From: Gammaproteobacteria bacterium
GTDB lineage: Bacteria; Pseudomonadota; Gammaproteobacteria; UBA4575
Reading direction: 5' to 3'
NCBI GenBank assembly: GCA_965222615.1
Contig: CBDCUI010000007.1
Location: 160,001 to 224,000 of the forward strand
DNA: 64,000 bases
In this document: one piece after another, positions 31,217-44,400 of the stretch
How the letters are laid out: each line of letters begins with the position of its first letter
Position numbering within the stretch: position 1 is the first letter of the stretch
Program-made: the position numbers and the translations under genes
Notes under the pieces: model-generated
What the model was told of the DNA's origin: nothing
Databases searched by the model: none
Seen by the model: only the letters and a program-made list of their open reading frames with translations

Positions 31217-32446
31217 CTAATAATCGCTCATATTGGCAGAAAACTGCACCGGCACATTCACTGTAACCACGCCACCGTTAAGAATATCCGCTGTCAAGGA
31301 AACCGCATTGCCACCAATGCTTCCGCCACTAGCCGCACTACAACTGGAACCCGCAGTTGCCGAACAAGTCCATGGCGCAGACAATGTCACTCCATTTGGA
31401 AGATTATCTGCTATTGCAGCACCGGTAACATTATCAGGACCATTATTTCTCACAACAATGGTGTAAGTACCCGTTCCACCTGGTGTATAGGTCAAACTTC
31501 CATCGTCTTTAGTGATCGATAAATCTGCAGTTAAATTACTGTTTGTTACAGTACATACAACTGTCTCACTTATTCCAACAACAATTCCGGTAACAGGATT
31601 ACCAGGTGTTGATGAACCGTCGTCACAACTTGCACTTGTTAAACTCCAACCAGTAGGTACAGCCTCAGAAATTGAGTAAGTACCTGGAGCAACACTTGTA
31701 ACTATTGAATCTGATCCATTGATCGTCACCGAATTAGAACCACCAATAGAATCGGTAATAGTAAAATTAAATGCCGTTCCGTCATCAGGGGTTGCATTTT
31801 TAATTATGGTTATAAAGCCCCCTCCTACAACCGCAAGTAAATCAACAGGATTTGAATTTGGGCTAGAAGAATTAAACGAGGCCGCATTCACCTGCGCAGC
31901 TCCGGGTGGGATATCTCTAATATCTATTGTGCATTCCGCAACAGTATCATCCGGATAATCGTCTCCTGGGCCATTGGGAACCGTTGCATCAAATGGATCG
32001 GTGGCCTCTTGTGTTACTGTGCATGACGTTTGACTTCCAGCAACAGGCGTTAGTGCTGTTGGCCCACTACAGCGGTCAGGAGTTGCATTATTGCATGAAT
32101 ATAAACTGGGTCCAGAAACTAATGCCGCAGGATTGCCGCCAATACTTAAACACAAAGCAAAGTTAATATTGCCATCTCCAGGAGTATCGGTATCAAATAG
32201 AATACAAGCGTCTCCAGTATTATTGCCTGGCAAACCTGTTTCATCCCAACTAAGTTGCACATCGTAGCTAGTAGGTAAATTACTTTCATCGATACAAAGT
32301 TGCGTTAAATCAGATTGGCCATTTTCATCGTTCGCACCCCCAATATCTTTAGAACAAGTAAACGCTGCATATGAAAACGACGAGTATAATATTGTTAATG
32401 CTATTAAACCTAAAATCTGTAAAGTTTTTAATAAAATTTTATGCAT
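31217..32446 (-). CDS. Secreted adhesin accessory protein: Cys-rich N-domain, CnaB/prealbumin-like domain, C-terminally truncated DUF11 domain
   Basis: Signal peptide ending FSYA; FITIIKNA...GTYSISE...CTVTN; ADLSITKDDG...YTIVVRNNGP...IADNLP ending at VQFSANMSDY*; 11 bp downstream of the giant gene. Confidence 0.8.
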   Translation of the reverse strand: MHKILLKTLQILGLIALTILYSSFSYAAFTCSKDIGGANDENGQSDLTQLCIDESNLPTSYDVQLSWDETGLPGNNTGDACILFDTDTPGDGNINFALCLSIGGNPAALVSGPSLYSCNNATPDRCSGPTALTPVAGSQTSCTVTQEATDPFDATVPNGPGDDYPDDTVAECTIDIRDIPPGAAQVNAASFNSSSPNSNPVDLLAVVGGGFITIIKNATPDDGTAFNFTITDSIGGSNSVTINGSDSIVTSVAPGTYSISEAVPTGWSLTSASCDDGSSTPGNPVTGIVVGISETVVCTVTNSNLTADLSITKDDGSLTYTPGGTGTYTIVVRNNGPDNVTGAAIADNLPNGVTLSAPWTCSATAGSSCSAASGGSIGGNAVSLTADILNGGVVTVNVPVQFSANMSDY

Positions 32447-32457
32447 AACTAAATTAT

Positions 32458-35400
32458 TTAATATTTTCCAGTGATATCAAAGAACCAACCATTCGAGTCG
32501 TAATCGTTATCGGTTAAGTCATCACTAAAGTCAGTAAAGTTATAACCTGCACCCACTTTTAAGTGATCTCCAATATGGCGATACATACCGACTAGTGCTC
32601 CGTCTTTATGGTCGTCGTTTTCTTCGGTTTCTAACCAACGATATTCAAACAATGCATCCCATTTCTTCAGCAAGTGATAACGTGCACGGGCAACGGCTAA
32701 GTGTGCACCGGTTTCAAACCATGGACCCGCGCCACGTGTTAAACGCGTATCGCCTGTCTTATAGGCAAGTTTGGCACCTATCTCCCACTTCTGATTCAAG
32801 TCATACAACCCTTCAATGGCAAACACATGGCTACGTTGATCAGCCAGCGAGGTGTCTTGACCGGTGGTAGCCAAATCATAAATAAAGGTGTACTTACCCA
32901 ACAGATTGAGTCGGTCGTTAAAGGCCGGTCGATAGGCGAAACCTAAATCAAGTTCTACATACTTGCCTTCATCATTGTCATTGGCACTGCTGTGCGTAGT
33001 AGATAAATCAAGTTTACCTAACCAACGCAGGCTTTCACTTTGTTGCCATTCAATAGCATTGGTAGTTAACCATTGTGAAGTGTCTTCATTGCTAGCTTCG
33101 TTTTCGTCTTGGCGATACTCAAGTACGGTTGAGAATTTCAAATCATCATCGATGAATTTCGCACCCAAGGTCGCGGCACGGCGATCAAAATCGCCAGCAT
33201 CTTGTTCGATATCGTTAGTTTGTACTGAAGCTGATAATCTCCACTGCTCAGTCAGGTCGAAATCTAAACCATAGGTGCGAGCAACACTTTGTTCATGTTC
33301 ATGTTCACCTTCACCAAACTGGCTTTCTGAATACAGTGACAGACCATTACCATAACGCTTGCGCGCGCCAAAGGTAAACATGTTTTCAAAACTGTCGGTG
33401 CGATCTGGATCAATTGCATAGCTTCCATATAGTTCGAGTCCATTGGCGGTAGTGTAATTGGTACCCACTTGGTTAACCGCGCCACTTCCAAAACCGGCTT
33501 CCGCACTGATATTAAGATTTGGAGTAATGTCATATTCAAAACCAGCAATTACTGCATCACCTCGATCACCAGTGGCAACCTCACCTTTAACTGCGAGCTT
33601 GTCACTGACTTGTTTCTCTATACCTGCCGTGACTAAATCGTTATCTTCATATTCATCATCTTCTTCGATTACGGTTTGACCGCTCGCATATACATTAGTG
33701 TGTTCATCAAGGTTATAGCGCACTTCTACACCACCTAAAGTGGCTTCACTATCTACCCCAATACCCGAATCGTCCTCATCCTTTTCATGACGGAGCTCAG
33801 CACCAACACTGAGCTTATCGGTAAGCTCGTAGTCGGCTTGAATACTGAGTGTCGTCAATTCATTTTGAGTTTTTCTCTCCAGCTGTGTGGCCCTGGCAGT
33901 TAAACCCAAACGATCGGTCATTAACCACTGTGCTTCAATTCCCGTGTCCGTCGTTTCGATGCCATCATCCAGTCGCGCGGTGGATGAGAACCCTGCATCG
34001 CGGTCTTTCCACCAACCCAGTATATAACCTTCTTGATGATCGCTAAGCTCGGCAAAGTTTATGCGCGCCTCAACCCCTACCGCATTGCCATTTGATCCTG
34101 CATTGCTGGTACTAAGCGTATTAAAACTTATACCGCCGTTCGCAGAGGTAAAGCTATTACTTGCTTGGGCAGCGTCCGATTCGGCATACTCCAGTTTTAG
34201 ATAAGTACCTTTACCAGCACGTAAAGTTACATCGGAACCCTTGAGCTCATAATCAGTTCCATCTCGCTCTTCGTTTACATAAGTGCCGCCGATGGCGATG
34301 TAATCATTTAACCAAGCCTTACCTCGCGCACCCGTAGTGAGATCATCTGCAGTAAAGGCATCCGGTCGATATTCATAATCCACCAACAAGAACACATCAT
34401 CACCTTCCAGCGGTGTTGATTTAATGATGGCGGGTCCGCTACGCAGTTGCACCTGAGATAACGGGCGGGTCAGGATGATACGACCTTGGATATAATCGAT
34501 GTCGTAATCTCGACCATGTTCAAGCACAATATTTTCAACGATTTGTTCGGTATCGCGCCGACGTACTTCTACCCAAACTTTTTCCGAACCTTGCACCACA
34601 TCGGTATCACGCAAGTAGTAAAGTGAACCACCAGTACCTTCAAATTCATTATGTGCCGCAGCAGTTTGTGCTTCACTGGCAAAAGCGTGAATTTCATGCT
34701 TGTGCTCACCAAAGCTGGTGGTGTCTACATTACGGTGTTCAAGCTTGGCACCATACAAGCTACGGTTATATTGCGCGAACTCGGTACCGGTGAGATCGGT
34801 ATTGTAATTACCCCACAAGGCACGACTCTTATCCCAATCGACACGAATATAGAATGCACCTTGACTGTCGGTATCATCGATGGTGGTGGAGTCATCACCA
34901 TAAACTGCATATTGCTGTTCGGGATCGAGCCTTCTGAAAATAGCGCTTGGATCTTCTTCTTCAAGACGATCATGTAATTTATGTAATTCATCTTCGGTAG
35001 TATCTAATTGTGCTGTAACTAAATACTTACCTTTGATTTTACCTTTTAAGTAAAAGGCAACACGGCCATCAACGTAAACTTCTTCATCGAAATGGTCATC
35101 ATCACCTAACGGTTCGACCGAACCGGAAACACTGTTTTCACCGACGGTAAGATTAGCAATACCGACCATGAACATGTATTTACCACTGACATTTACATTT
35201 AAGGTGCGATCGTAATCAATTTCATTGCCGTCACTAACCTTCACCGTTAAATCGTGCTGTCCCACAGGTAAGTGTTGTTCTACAACAAACTTACCTTCTT
35301 CATCTATCACCGCTTTTTCACCATTAATGGTAATGACATAGTCTGTATCGACATCGAGTCCATTTACACGAATGCGCGAACCACTAATTGGTATAGTTTG

Positions 35401-38400
35401 ACGCACTAGACTGGATTCACCATAGGCAGCATTGGCTACTTCGGTTTCATCTACTTCCGGTTCACTAAAGCGTCTTTCAAGATTGGTTAATTCTTTATCG
35501 ACAACCGCAAGCACATGTGGTGCGGTTTCATCTATGCGTCCTTGTTTATCATAGGCCTTTAATACATAAGTTAAGCTTTCACCTGGCTCAAAATATTTCG
35601 CATCGATTTGTTGCGCATTCCATTCTATAGCTTCTGCTAAATAGATCTCCTTACCACTTAAGGTATCGATAGGTGTAATTAAATCGCGATCATCGTGACT
35701 ATAAATTTCCAATTCCCAATGATCGATAAACGCCGCGTAGTTACTGTATAACTGGAAGCGTACAGGTTGCGTAACTTTGCCATTCTCGAACACAACACTA
35801 CCCAGTGCAGTAACATTTAAACGTGGATCAATAATGGCAGGATCTTCTACTGCCCAAATAGCTCCCCCGTTAGGTAATGTAACTTCACGTTTTATGGCCG
35901 GACGTTCTACTGGCACATAATCAACGTTAACAACACGTTTAACTGTGGTTTCATCGTACAGAACTTGTACTTCGACTCTACGATTACGCGCCATTCCCGA
36001 TGCAGTTGCATTAGAAGCTACTGGCACATCCGGACCTTTGCCTTCAATGATGATCTTGCTTTCTTCTAAAGCAAGTGTTGCTTTTAATTGTTCTGCAACT
36101 TGTTCAGCACGCGCAATCGATAAACCATAATTGTCTTTATAGATCGGCTTGATTCTATGCGATAACCTCTGTGGATCAGTATGACCGACAATTTTCACGC
36201 GGATATTTTCTTTATCCTGAAGAGCATCCATCACTTCTTGTAAACGCTTCAGTTGCCTATTGGTTATTTCTGCTTCGCCGGAGCCATAGAAAATCGGACT
36301 GATTACGTTGTTAATTTCTTTTGTTTCAGTAACCTCAGTTTCGTTTTCAACTTTACGTGCAACTCCGAACTGCTTATCGCCATAGGGCACGTCTTGTTGC
36401 GGCAACTTGACACCAAAGTTGAACTTAGACATTAAGGCTTGAGTAATTCGAAGCACACGTGGGTTTTCTGTGGTAAAGGTGCTGCCTTCTGGCAACGTCG
36501 CAGGATCTACTTTAATAATAAAGTTGCGACCGCGTTCCCAACGCCCACCATCGATATCCGCCAAGTGATACCGTCCGTATTGATCCGTTTCTACGATTAA
36601 ACCTTTCACCGTAGCCAAACGAACACCTGGAATACCCATTTCGTGCACACCGAGGTTGATGATAGTGATTACCAAGTCATCTCCCTCGCGTTCACTGCTT
36701 ACTACGATATCTTGTGCAGTGAGTCCTTTGGCTTTCTTACCAACATGTTTTTCTGTGACATTGCCGTCATCATCCACTTTGATGACGGTGCCTTCATCAG
36801 TTACAACATGGAAATTATTGTTGCCCTCAAGGTTAAGCGGCATGTGCACACTGACTTGATGATCTTCAAGTGAATCAAGCACACTGCTACGACCTTTTAT
36901 GGTACCAACAAGATGACTGTTCCAACCAAAGTGATCACTCTTGATTTTCACTCCAGTAGCTGTAGCGCTATCCTGCCAACCATCTTCGTCACTATCGTTA
37001 AAGACTTTTCCTATGATAGTGGTCTTTTGCAAAATCGGATCTTGTACCACGCGCACCGTTGCGCTGGCTGCATTACTAAGCGTAATGCCACCCACACCAC
37101 CAATAACTTGTGCAGTGTTGGTGTATTCACCTTCAACAACACCCGAGCTGACACGTAATAGATAACGAATTAATAAAGTTTCATTGGCTGCGACATCGAT
37201 ATCTTCAAAAGTAATCGGATCTGAACCTGTTACGCTTACAGTGGATTGAATTTCGTCACCCGTGTTGATAATCCCATCCGGACCGGCAGTGATCACTAAT
37301 GCCGAGTCACTTACATAACTAAAGCCAGCAGGAATATTATCGGGCACATCGATATTGGTGAAAGCAATTGCATCTGTGTTTTCAATTTGTAATGTGTATT
37401 GAACCACATCACCAATCACAACCTCGTCTGGTGTAGCCGTCTTCGACAACAACAATGGATTGGTAAACGTCGTACAGTTGGTTAACGGAATATTATTATT
37501 GATAATGAACGGATCACCCGCTTCAATAATAAAGTTTGTATACCACGGTGTATTCGCTGCTGCACTAAAATCAGTTAAAAACCCAGTTGTCCCAGATTCA
37601 TTACCACCCAATGAAGTTGGGTTAGGGCCACCGGTGGGGTCAATTGCCCCTGCAGTCAATCGAGTTGTACTTAAGGTGGTACCCGGCGGAATCGTAATGG
37701 CCATGGTATACGTATCGTTACCGTTAAAGACAGCTTGATAACGACCCGTTGAACCATCTTCAATAGTAGTAACGATACCCGCACCAGTAGGAGTAAAACT
37801 GACATTTCCGCCTGGAATAATCTGACCGGTATCTTCACAATAGAAATAACCGATCGGGTCAAAATCTTGGCAATCTGGGACACCATCCCCATCACGATCA
37901 CCCGTACAAGGCTCTACTAGATCAGGAATACCATCCCCATCGGTATCAATACTAACTAGTACAGAATCCTGATCGTCTTCACTAGGAGTATTATTATTTG
38001 GTGTTGAGTCAGGATCCGGTTGATCACATGCACTGACTTCTGCAGTATTTAAGTATTCTCCCGCAGCGCCCGTTGCAGCATTCACTGTCGCGGTAATATT
38101 TAAAGTCGCATTACCGGAATTGGATATCGTGCCTACCGCCCACACACCAGTAACACTATTATAAGTACCAGAGCTATCATCACTTACATACGTGAAGCCA
38201 ACCGGCAATTGATCGATCACTTCTACATCCGTTGCCGCTCCTGTGCCTGCATTATTCACTGTAATCGTGAAGATAACATTGTCACCAATCGCTGGTGCCG
38301 CACTATTTACAACCTTAGTCAGTGAAAGATCAGCACTATGATTTTGTGCCACCGGCGTGCTCAGCGTCACCGTCGTCGGACCCGGCACTTCGGTACTGGT

Positions 38401-41400
38401 CACACTACCGGTGTTGTCGACACTGCCCGCATCCACTTCCGCTTGCGTCACCACATGCGTACCCGTCAACACACAGGTCGCACTCGCCGCTAAGGTCGCA
38501 CACGTATTCGAGTTCGGCGTTAACAACGCATCACTCACCACCACGTTGTTCAACGTCGTCGTGCCGTCGTTGGTCACCGTCACACTGTACGTTAAGGTGT
38601 CATTTAAGCTGACATCGCCCGAACCGTCTTCATCCGCATGGCTATCCAAGGTCTTGGCAATCGCTAAACTATGATTTTGTGCCACCGGCGTGCTCAGCGT
38701 CACCGTCGTCGGACCCGGCACTTCGGTACTGGTCACACTACCGGTGTTGTCGACACTGCCCGCATCCACTTCCGCTTGCGTCACCACATGCGTACCCGTC
38801 AACACACAGGTCGCACTCGCCGCTAAGGTCGCACACGTATTCGAGTTCGGCGTTAACAACGCATCACTCACCACCACGTTGTTCAACGTCGTCGTGCCGT
38901 CGTTGGTCACCGTCACACTGTACGTTAAGGTGTCATTTAAGCTGACATCGCCCGAACCGTCTTCATCCGCATGGCTATCCAAGGTCTTGGCAATCGCTAA
39001 ACTATGATTTTGTGCCACCGGCGTGCTCAGCGTCACCGTCGTCGGACCCGGCACTTCGGTACTGGTCACACTACCGGTGTTGTCGACACTGCCCGCATCC
39101 ACTTCCGCTTGCGTCACCACATGCGTACCCGTCAACACACAGGTCGCACTCGCCGCTAAGGTCGCACACGTATTCGAGTTCGGCGTTAACAACGCATCAC
39201 TCACCACCACGTTGTTCAACGTCGTCGTGCCGTCGTTGGTCACCGTCACACTGTACGTTAAGGTGTCATTTAAGCTGACATCGCCCGAACCGTCTTCATC
39301 CGCATGGCTATCCAAGGTCTTGGCAATCGCTAAACTATGATTTTGTGCCACCGGCGTGCTCAGCGTCACCGTCGTCGGACCCGGCACTTCGGTACTGGTC
39401 ACACTACCGGTGTTGTCGACACTGCCCGCATCCACTTCCGCTTGCGTCACCACATGCGTACCCGTCAACACACAGGTCGCACTCGCCGCTAAGGTCGCAC
39501 ACGTATTCGAGTTCGGCGTTAACAACGCATCACTCACCACCACGTTGTTCAACGTCGTCGTGCCGTCGTTGGTCACCGTCACACTGTACGTTAAGGTGTC
39601 ATTTAAGCTGACATCGCCCGAACCGTCTTCATCCGCATGGCTATCCAAGGTCTTGGCAATCGCTAAACTATGATTTTGTGCCACCGGCGTGCTCAGCGTC
39701 ACCGTCGTCGGACCCGGCACTTCGGTACTGGTCACACTACCGGTGTTGTCGACACTGCCCGCATCCACTTCCGCTTGCGTCACCACATGCGTACCCGTCA
39801 ACACACAGGTCGCACTCGCCGCTAAGGTCGCACACGTATTCGAGTTCGGCGTTAACAACGCATCACTCACCACCACGTTGTTCAACGTCGTCGTGCCGTC
39901 GTTGGTCACCGTCACACTGTACGTTAAGGTGTCATTTAAGCTGACATCGCCCGAACCGTCTTCATCCGCATGGCTATCCAAGGTCTTGGCAATCGCTAAA
40001 CTATGATTTTGTGCCACCGGCGTGCTCAGCGTCACCGTCGTCGGACCCGGCACTTCGGTACTGGTCACACTACCGGTGTTGTCGACACTGCCCGCATCCA
40101 CTTCCGCTTGCGTCACCACATGCGTACCCGTCAACACACAGGTCGCACTCGCCGCTAAGGTCGCACACGTATTCGAGTTCGGCGTTAACAACGCATCACT
40201 CACCACCACGTTGTTCAACGTCGTCGTGCCGTCGTTGGTCACCGTCACACTGTACGTTAAGGTGTCATTTAAGCTGACATCGCCCGAACCGTCTTCATCC
40301 GCATGGCTATCCAAGGTCTTGGCAATCGCTAAACTATGATTTTGTGCCACCGGCGTGCTCAGCGTCACCGTCGTCGGACCCGGCACTTCGGTACTGGTCA
40401 CACTACCGGTGTTGTCGACACTGCCCGCATCCACTTCCGCTTGCGTCACCACATGCGTACCCGTCAACACACAGGTCGCACTCGCCGCTAAGGTCGCACA
40501 CGTATTCGAGTTCGGCGTTAACAACGCATCACTCACCACCACGTTGTTCAACGTCGTCGTGCCGTCGTTGGTCACCGTCACACTGTACGTTAAGGTGTCA
40601 TTTAAGCTGACATCGCCCGAACCGTCTTCATCCGCATGGCTATCCAAGGTCTTGGCAATCGCTAAACTATGATTTTGTGCCACCGGCGTGCTCAGCGTCA
40701 CCGTCGTCGGACCCGGCACTTCGGTACTGGTCACACTACCGGTGTTGTCGACACTGCCCGCATCCACTTCCGCTTGCGTCACCACATGCGTACCCGTCAA
40801 CACACAGGTCGCACTCGCCGCTAAGGTCGCACACGTATTCGAGTTCGGCGTTAACAACGCATCACTCACCACCACGTTGTTCAACGTCGTCGTGCCGTCG
40901 TTGGTCACCGTCACACTGTACGTTAAGGTGTCATTTAAGCTGACATCGCCCGAACCGTCTTCATCCGCATGGCTATCCAAGGTCTTGGCAATCGCTAAAC
41001 TATGATTTTGTGCCACCGGCGTGCTCAGCGTCACCGTCGTCGGACCCGGCACTTCGGTACTGGTCACACTACCGGTGTTGTCGACACTGCCCGCATCCAC
41101 TTCCGCTTGCGTCACCACATGCGTACCCGTCAACACACAGGTCGCACTCGCCGCTAAGGTCGCACACGTATTCGAGTTCGGCGTTAACAACGCATCACTC
41201 ACCACCACGTTGTTCAACGTCGTCGTGCCGTCGTTGGTCACCGTCACACTGTACGTTAAGGTGTCATTTAAGCTGACATCGCCCGAACCGTCTTCATCCG
41301 CATGGCTATCCAAGGTCTTGGCAATCGCTAAACTATGATTTTGTGCCACCGGCGTGCTCAGCGTCACCGTCGTCGGACCCGGCACTTCGGTACTGGTCAC

Positions 41401-44400
41401 ACTACCGGTGTTGTCGACACTGCCCGCATCCACTTCCGCTTGCGTCACCACATGCGTACCCGTCAACACACAGGTCGCACTCGCCGCTAAGGTCGCACAC
41501 GTATTCGAGTTCGGCGTTAACAACGCATCACTCACCACCACGTTGTTCAACGTCGTCGTGCCGTCGTTGGTCACCGTCACACTGTACGTTAAGGTGTCAT
41601 TTAAGCTGACATCGCCCGAACCGTCTTCATCCGCATGGCTATCCAAGGTCTTGGCAATCGCTAAACTATGATTTTGTGCCACCGGCGTGCTCAGCGTCAC
41701 CGTCGTCGGACCCGGCACTTCGGTACTGGTCACACTACCGGTGTTGTCGACACTGCCCGCATCCACTTCCGCTTGCGTCACCACATGCGTACCCGTCAAC
41801 ACACAGGTCGCACTCGCCGCTAAGGTCGCACACGTATTCGAGTTCGGCGTTAACAACGCATCACTCACCACCACGTTGTTCAACGTCGTCGTGCCGTCGT
41901 TGGTCACCGTCACACTGTACGTTAAGGTGTCATTTAAGCTGACATCGCCCGAACCGTCTTCATCCGCATGGCTATCCAAGGTCTTGGCAATCGCTAAACT
42001 ATGATTTTGTGCCACCGGCGTGCTCAGCGTCACCGTCGTCGGACCCGGCACTTCGGTACTGGTCACACTACCGGTGTTGTCGACACTGCCCGCATCCACT
42101 TCCGCTTGCGTCACCACATGCGTACCCGTCAACACACAGGTCGCACTCGCCGCTAAGGTCGCACACGTATTCGAGTTCGGCGTTAACAACGCATCACTCA
42201 CCACCACGTTGTTCAACGTCGTCGTGCCGTCGTTGGTCACCGTCACACTGTACGTTAAGGTGTCATTTAAGCTGACATCGCCCGAACCGTCTTCATCCGC
42301 ATGGCTATCCAAGGTCTTGGCAATCGCTAAACTATGATTTTGTGCCACCGGCGTGCTCAGCGTCACCGTCGTCGGACCCGGCACTTCGGTACTGGTCACA
42401 CTACCGGTGTTGTCGACACTGCCCGCATCCACTTCCGCTTGCGTCACCACATGCGTACCCGTCAACACACAGGTCGCACTCGCCGCTAAGGTCGCACACG
42501 TATTCGAGTTCGGCGTTAACAACGCATCACTCACCACCACGTTGTTCAACGTCGTCGTGCCGTCGTTGGTCACCGTCACACTGTACGTTAAGGTGTCATT
42601 TAAGCTGACATCGCCCGAACCGTCTTCATCCGCATGGCTATCCAAGGTCTTGGCAATCGCTAAACTATGATTTTGTGCCACCGGCGTGCTCAGCGTCACC
42701 GTCGTCGGACCCGGCACTTCGGTACTGGTCACACTACCGGTGTTGTCGACACTGCCCGCATCCACTTCCGCTTGCGTCACCACATGCGTACCCGTCAACA
42801 CACAGGTCGCACTCGCCGCTAAGGTCGCACACGTATTCGAGTTCGGCGTTAACAACGCATCACTCACCACCACGTTGTTCAACGTCGTCGTGCCGTCGTT
42901 GGTCACCGTCACACTGTACGTTAAGGTGTCATTTAAGCTGACATCGCCCGAACCGTCTTCATCCGCATGGCTATCCAAGGTCTTGGCAATCGCTAAACTA
43001 TGATTTTGTGCCACCGGCGTGCTCAGCGTCACCGTCGTCGGACCCGGCACTTCGGTACTGGTCACACTACCGGTGTTGTCGACACTGCCCGCATCCACTT
43101 CCGCTTGCGTCACCACATGCGTACCCGTCAACACACAGGTCGCACTCGCCGCTAAGGTCGCACACGTATTCGAGTTCGGCGTTAACAACGCATCACTCAC
43201 CACCACGTTGTTCAACGTCGTCGTGCCGTCGTTGGTCACCGTCACACTGTACGTTAAGGTGTCATTTAAGCTGACATCGCCCGAACCGTCTTCATCCGCA
43301 TGGCTATCCAAGGTCTTGGCAATCGCTAAACTATGATTTTGTGCCACCGGCGTGCTCAGCGTCACCGTCGTCGGACCCGGCACTTCGGTACTGGTCACAC
43401 TACCGGTGTTGTCGACACTGCCCGCATCCACTTCCGCTTGCGTCACCACATGCGTACCCGTCAACACACAGGTCGCACTCGCCGCTAAGGTCGCACACGT
43501 ATTCGAGTTCGGCGTTAACAACGCATCACTCACCACCACGTTGTTCAACGTCGTCGTGCCGTCGTTGGTCACCGTCACACTGTACGTTAAGGTGTCATTT
43601 AAGCTGACATCGCCCGAACCGTCTTCATCCGCATGGCTATCCAAGGTCTTGGCAATCGCTAAACTATGATTTTGTGCCACCGGCGTGCTCAGCGTCACCG
43701 TCGTCGGACCCGGCACTTCGGTACTGGTCACACTACCGGTGTTGTCGACACTGCCCGCATCCACTTCCGCTTGCGTCACCACATGCGTACCCGTCAACAC
43801 ACAGGTCGCACTCGCCGCTAAGGTCGCACACGTATTCGAGTTCGGCGTTAACAACGCATCACTCACCACCACGTTGTTCAACGTCGTCGTGCCGTCGTTG
43901 GTCACCGTCACACTGTACGTTAAGGTGTCATTTAAGCTGACATCGCCCGAACCGTCTTCATCCGCATGGCTATCCAAGGTCTTGGCAATCGCTAAACTAT
44001 GATTTTGTGCCACCGGCGTGCTCAGCGTCACCGTCGTCGGACCCGGCACTTCGGTACTGGTCACACTACCGGTGTTGTCGACACTGCCCGCATCCACTTC
44101 CGCTTGCGTCACCACATGCGTACCCGTCAACACACAGGTCGCACTCGCCGCTAAGGTCGCACACGTATTCGAGTTCGGCGTTAACAACGCATCACTCACC
44201 ACCACGTTGTTCAACGTCGTCGTGCCGTCGTTGGTCACCGTCACACTGTACGTTAAGGTGTCATTTAAGCTGACATCGCCCGAACCGTCTTCATCCGCAT
44301 GGCTATCCAAGGTCTTGGCAATCGCTAAACTATGATTTTGTGCCACCGGCGTGCTCAGCGTCACCGTCGTCGGACCCGGCACTTCGGTACTGGTCACACT

